Positions 61,786 through 64,000 of a DNA stretch of 64,000 nt are shown piece by piece. Both the position numbers and the translations under genes were made by a program. The first letter of the stretch is position 1. Each line of letters starts with the position of its first letter. Under the pieces are notes generated by a model. It was not told the DNA's origin. It did no database searches and worked only from the letters and a program-made list of their open reading frames with translations. The stretch is from the human T2T-CHM13v2.0 reference genome, Homo sapiens: the NCBI RefSeq assembly GCF_009914755.1, contig NC_060947.1, one strand, 5' to 3'.

Positions 61786-64000
61786 TATCTCATTGTTGTT
61801 TTAATTTTTAATTATGTGATAACAAAATATATACAGCATATTTTATATGTTTGTTTTTTATTTGTATATCTTTTTTGGTGAAGTGTCTGTCCAGATATTT
61901 TGTCTATTTTTAATCAGGTTGTTCGTTTTATTTTGTTGAATTTTAAGATTTTTTTTGTATATTTCAGATGCAGTCATTTATCTTAAATGTTTTGTGCAAA
62001 TGTATTCCCAAGTCTGTGGCTTATCTTCTTATTTTTGGTACTATCTTAGAGCAGACATTTTTATTTTAATGAAGATTATTTCTTTCATAAATTTTTCTTT
62101 TTTGTGCTGGATTTAAAATATCATTACCAAACCCAAAGGCATGGAGATGTTACATGCTAGGAGTTATCTTTTATTGTTTTCCATTTTACATTTAGGTCTA
62201 TAATCCATTTTGAGTTAATTTGTATACAGAGTGTAACATCTGCATCCAGATTTTTTTTCTTTGCTTTACATATCCAACTGTTCCAATGTCATTTGTTATA
62301 AAGGCAGATGTTTATTTAAAAGAAACAAATATTTTCTCCAGTTTATTGTTTTTGATTCTTATCAAAATTACTTGACTGTTTGAGTATACTTCTGCTTATT
62401 TTGTTACAATTTTTTACTGGTCTTTTTCTTCACAAATACCACACTGATTGGTGACTGTACTTTTATAATAAATCTTTAGAATACATAGTTTTAGTCCTTC
62501 AGGTTTGTCTTTGTTCTTCAAGATTATATTAGCTATTCTGTATATTTGTTCCTTTTTGTATAAACTTAAAAGTTAGTTTGTTGGTATTTATATAATAACT
62601 TACTGGAATTCTAATTGAGATTGTTTTTAAATGAATAGATCAACATAGAAAAAATTGATATCTGGACAGTATTGAATCTTTTCTTGTATGCACATTAAAT
62701 ATTTATTTATCTGAGTTTTATAAATTTTTAGAGTTTTTTGTTTGCCTAATAATAATCTTGTACATATAATTTATTTCTATGTACTTAATTTGTCGGTGCA
62801 TTTGTTAATGGCACTGTATTTTTAATTTTGGATTCTAGTAAATCGTCACTAGTATATAAATAAATAATTGACTTTTGCTTTTAACCTTGTATTCTTCAAC
62901 CTTCCTGTAATTGCTTGCTAATTCCAGGAACTTCTTTGTTGATTTATTCAGATTTTCTACATAGATAAACCTATTATCTGAGAACAAAAAGTATTTTTTC
63001 TTCTCAAACTGAATGCCTTTTATTTGTTCTTGTCTTACTGCATTAGCTAGAATGTCCATTATAATGTTGAAAAGAAGTGAAAAAAGGGACATTTCAGAAT
63101 TTTTCCTAATCTTAGGTAAGAGAGCGTCTAGTTTCTCCCTATCAAGTTTGAAGTTAACTGTTCATTTGTTTGTTTGTTTTGGCAGGTGTTCTTTATCAAG
63201 TTGAGGGATTTTTCCCTCAATTTCTAGTTTTCTGAGAGTTTTAATTATGAAGAAGTGTTGGATTTTGTCAAATAATTTTTTTATTTGCTGATAAAATTAT
63301 GTATGTTTTGTTGTTTAACCTGTTAATATGAATTACATAAAGTTATTTTTGAATGTTAAAACAACCTTACATACATGGGATAAATATAAACTGATATTTA
63401 GTGTATAATTTTTTGTACAATTTTTAAATTATAGTATGCTAACATTGTGATGAGAATTTTTGGCATCTATGTTCATAAGAAATATTAGTTTGTAGCATTT
63501 TTTTGGTAATGCTTTAATTTTGGCAGTTTGTGTAGTTCAAGTAATTTCTTTCATTTGGATTATCCAATTTTTGAAAATACATTTGTTCAATATGTTCCTT
63601 TACTGTATTTTTCATGTTCATGGGATCTGTAGTAATGTTCCTTATTTAATTTCTGTTATTAGTAAATTGTGTGTGTGTGTTTTCTTATAATGGCAAGAAT
63701 TTTTTTTTATTTTTTTGGACTTTTGAAAAGACCAGCTTTTAATTTTGTTGATTTTCTGTATTAATTTTCTTTTTTCAATTTTATTGATTTGTGTTCAAAT
63801 TTTTAATTTTATTTTTGTTCTGATTATTTTGGATTTTAATTTTTCTACTTTTTCTTTTCTTTTATTTTTATTCTTTTTTTATTTTACTTATCCATTTTCC
63901 TAAGGTGGAGTCTAGAATTACTGATTTTAAAATCTCTTTTCTTCAATATATGCATTCGATGCTACTTTTTTCTTAAACACTGCTTTTACTCCATCCTATG

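Overview
This is primate, most likely human, genomic DNA that is AT-rich and almost entirely made of interspersed repeats. I find no host gene exon, and the recognisable ORFs in the track are L1, Alu or ERV-derived. Main elements: the 3' end of a MER57 ERV; a full-length L1PA7-like element with TSDs (3179-9473); L2, MIR and DNA-transposon relics; many nested L1PA/L1PB/L1M fragments; a U6 snRNA retrocopy fused to L1; a complete MLT2/ERV-L provirus (36663-43599); an HML-5 LTR22 solo LTR; and a complete MER61 provirus (53619-58295). I see no evidence of a new genetic system. The notable signals are footprints of unusual retrotransposition and repair: local flank DNA copied into the middle of an L1, a 232-bp perfect tract shared by two diverged inverted L1s, a U6/L1 chimera joined inside ORF1, a 41-bp TSD, an open ORF0, a fold-back duplication and a probable 3' transduction. 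Subfamily names come from remembered consensus sequences and should be confirmed with RepeatMasker/Dfam. Boundaries of the old repeats are approximate.
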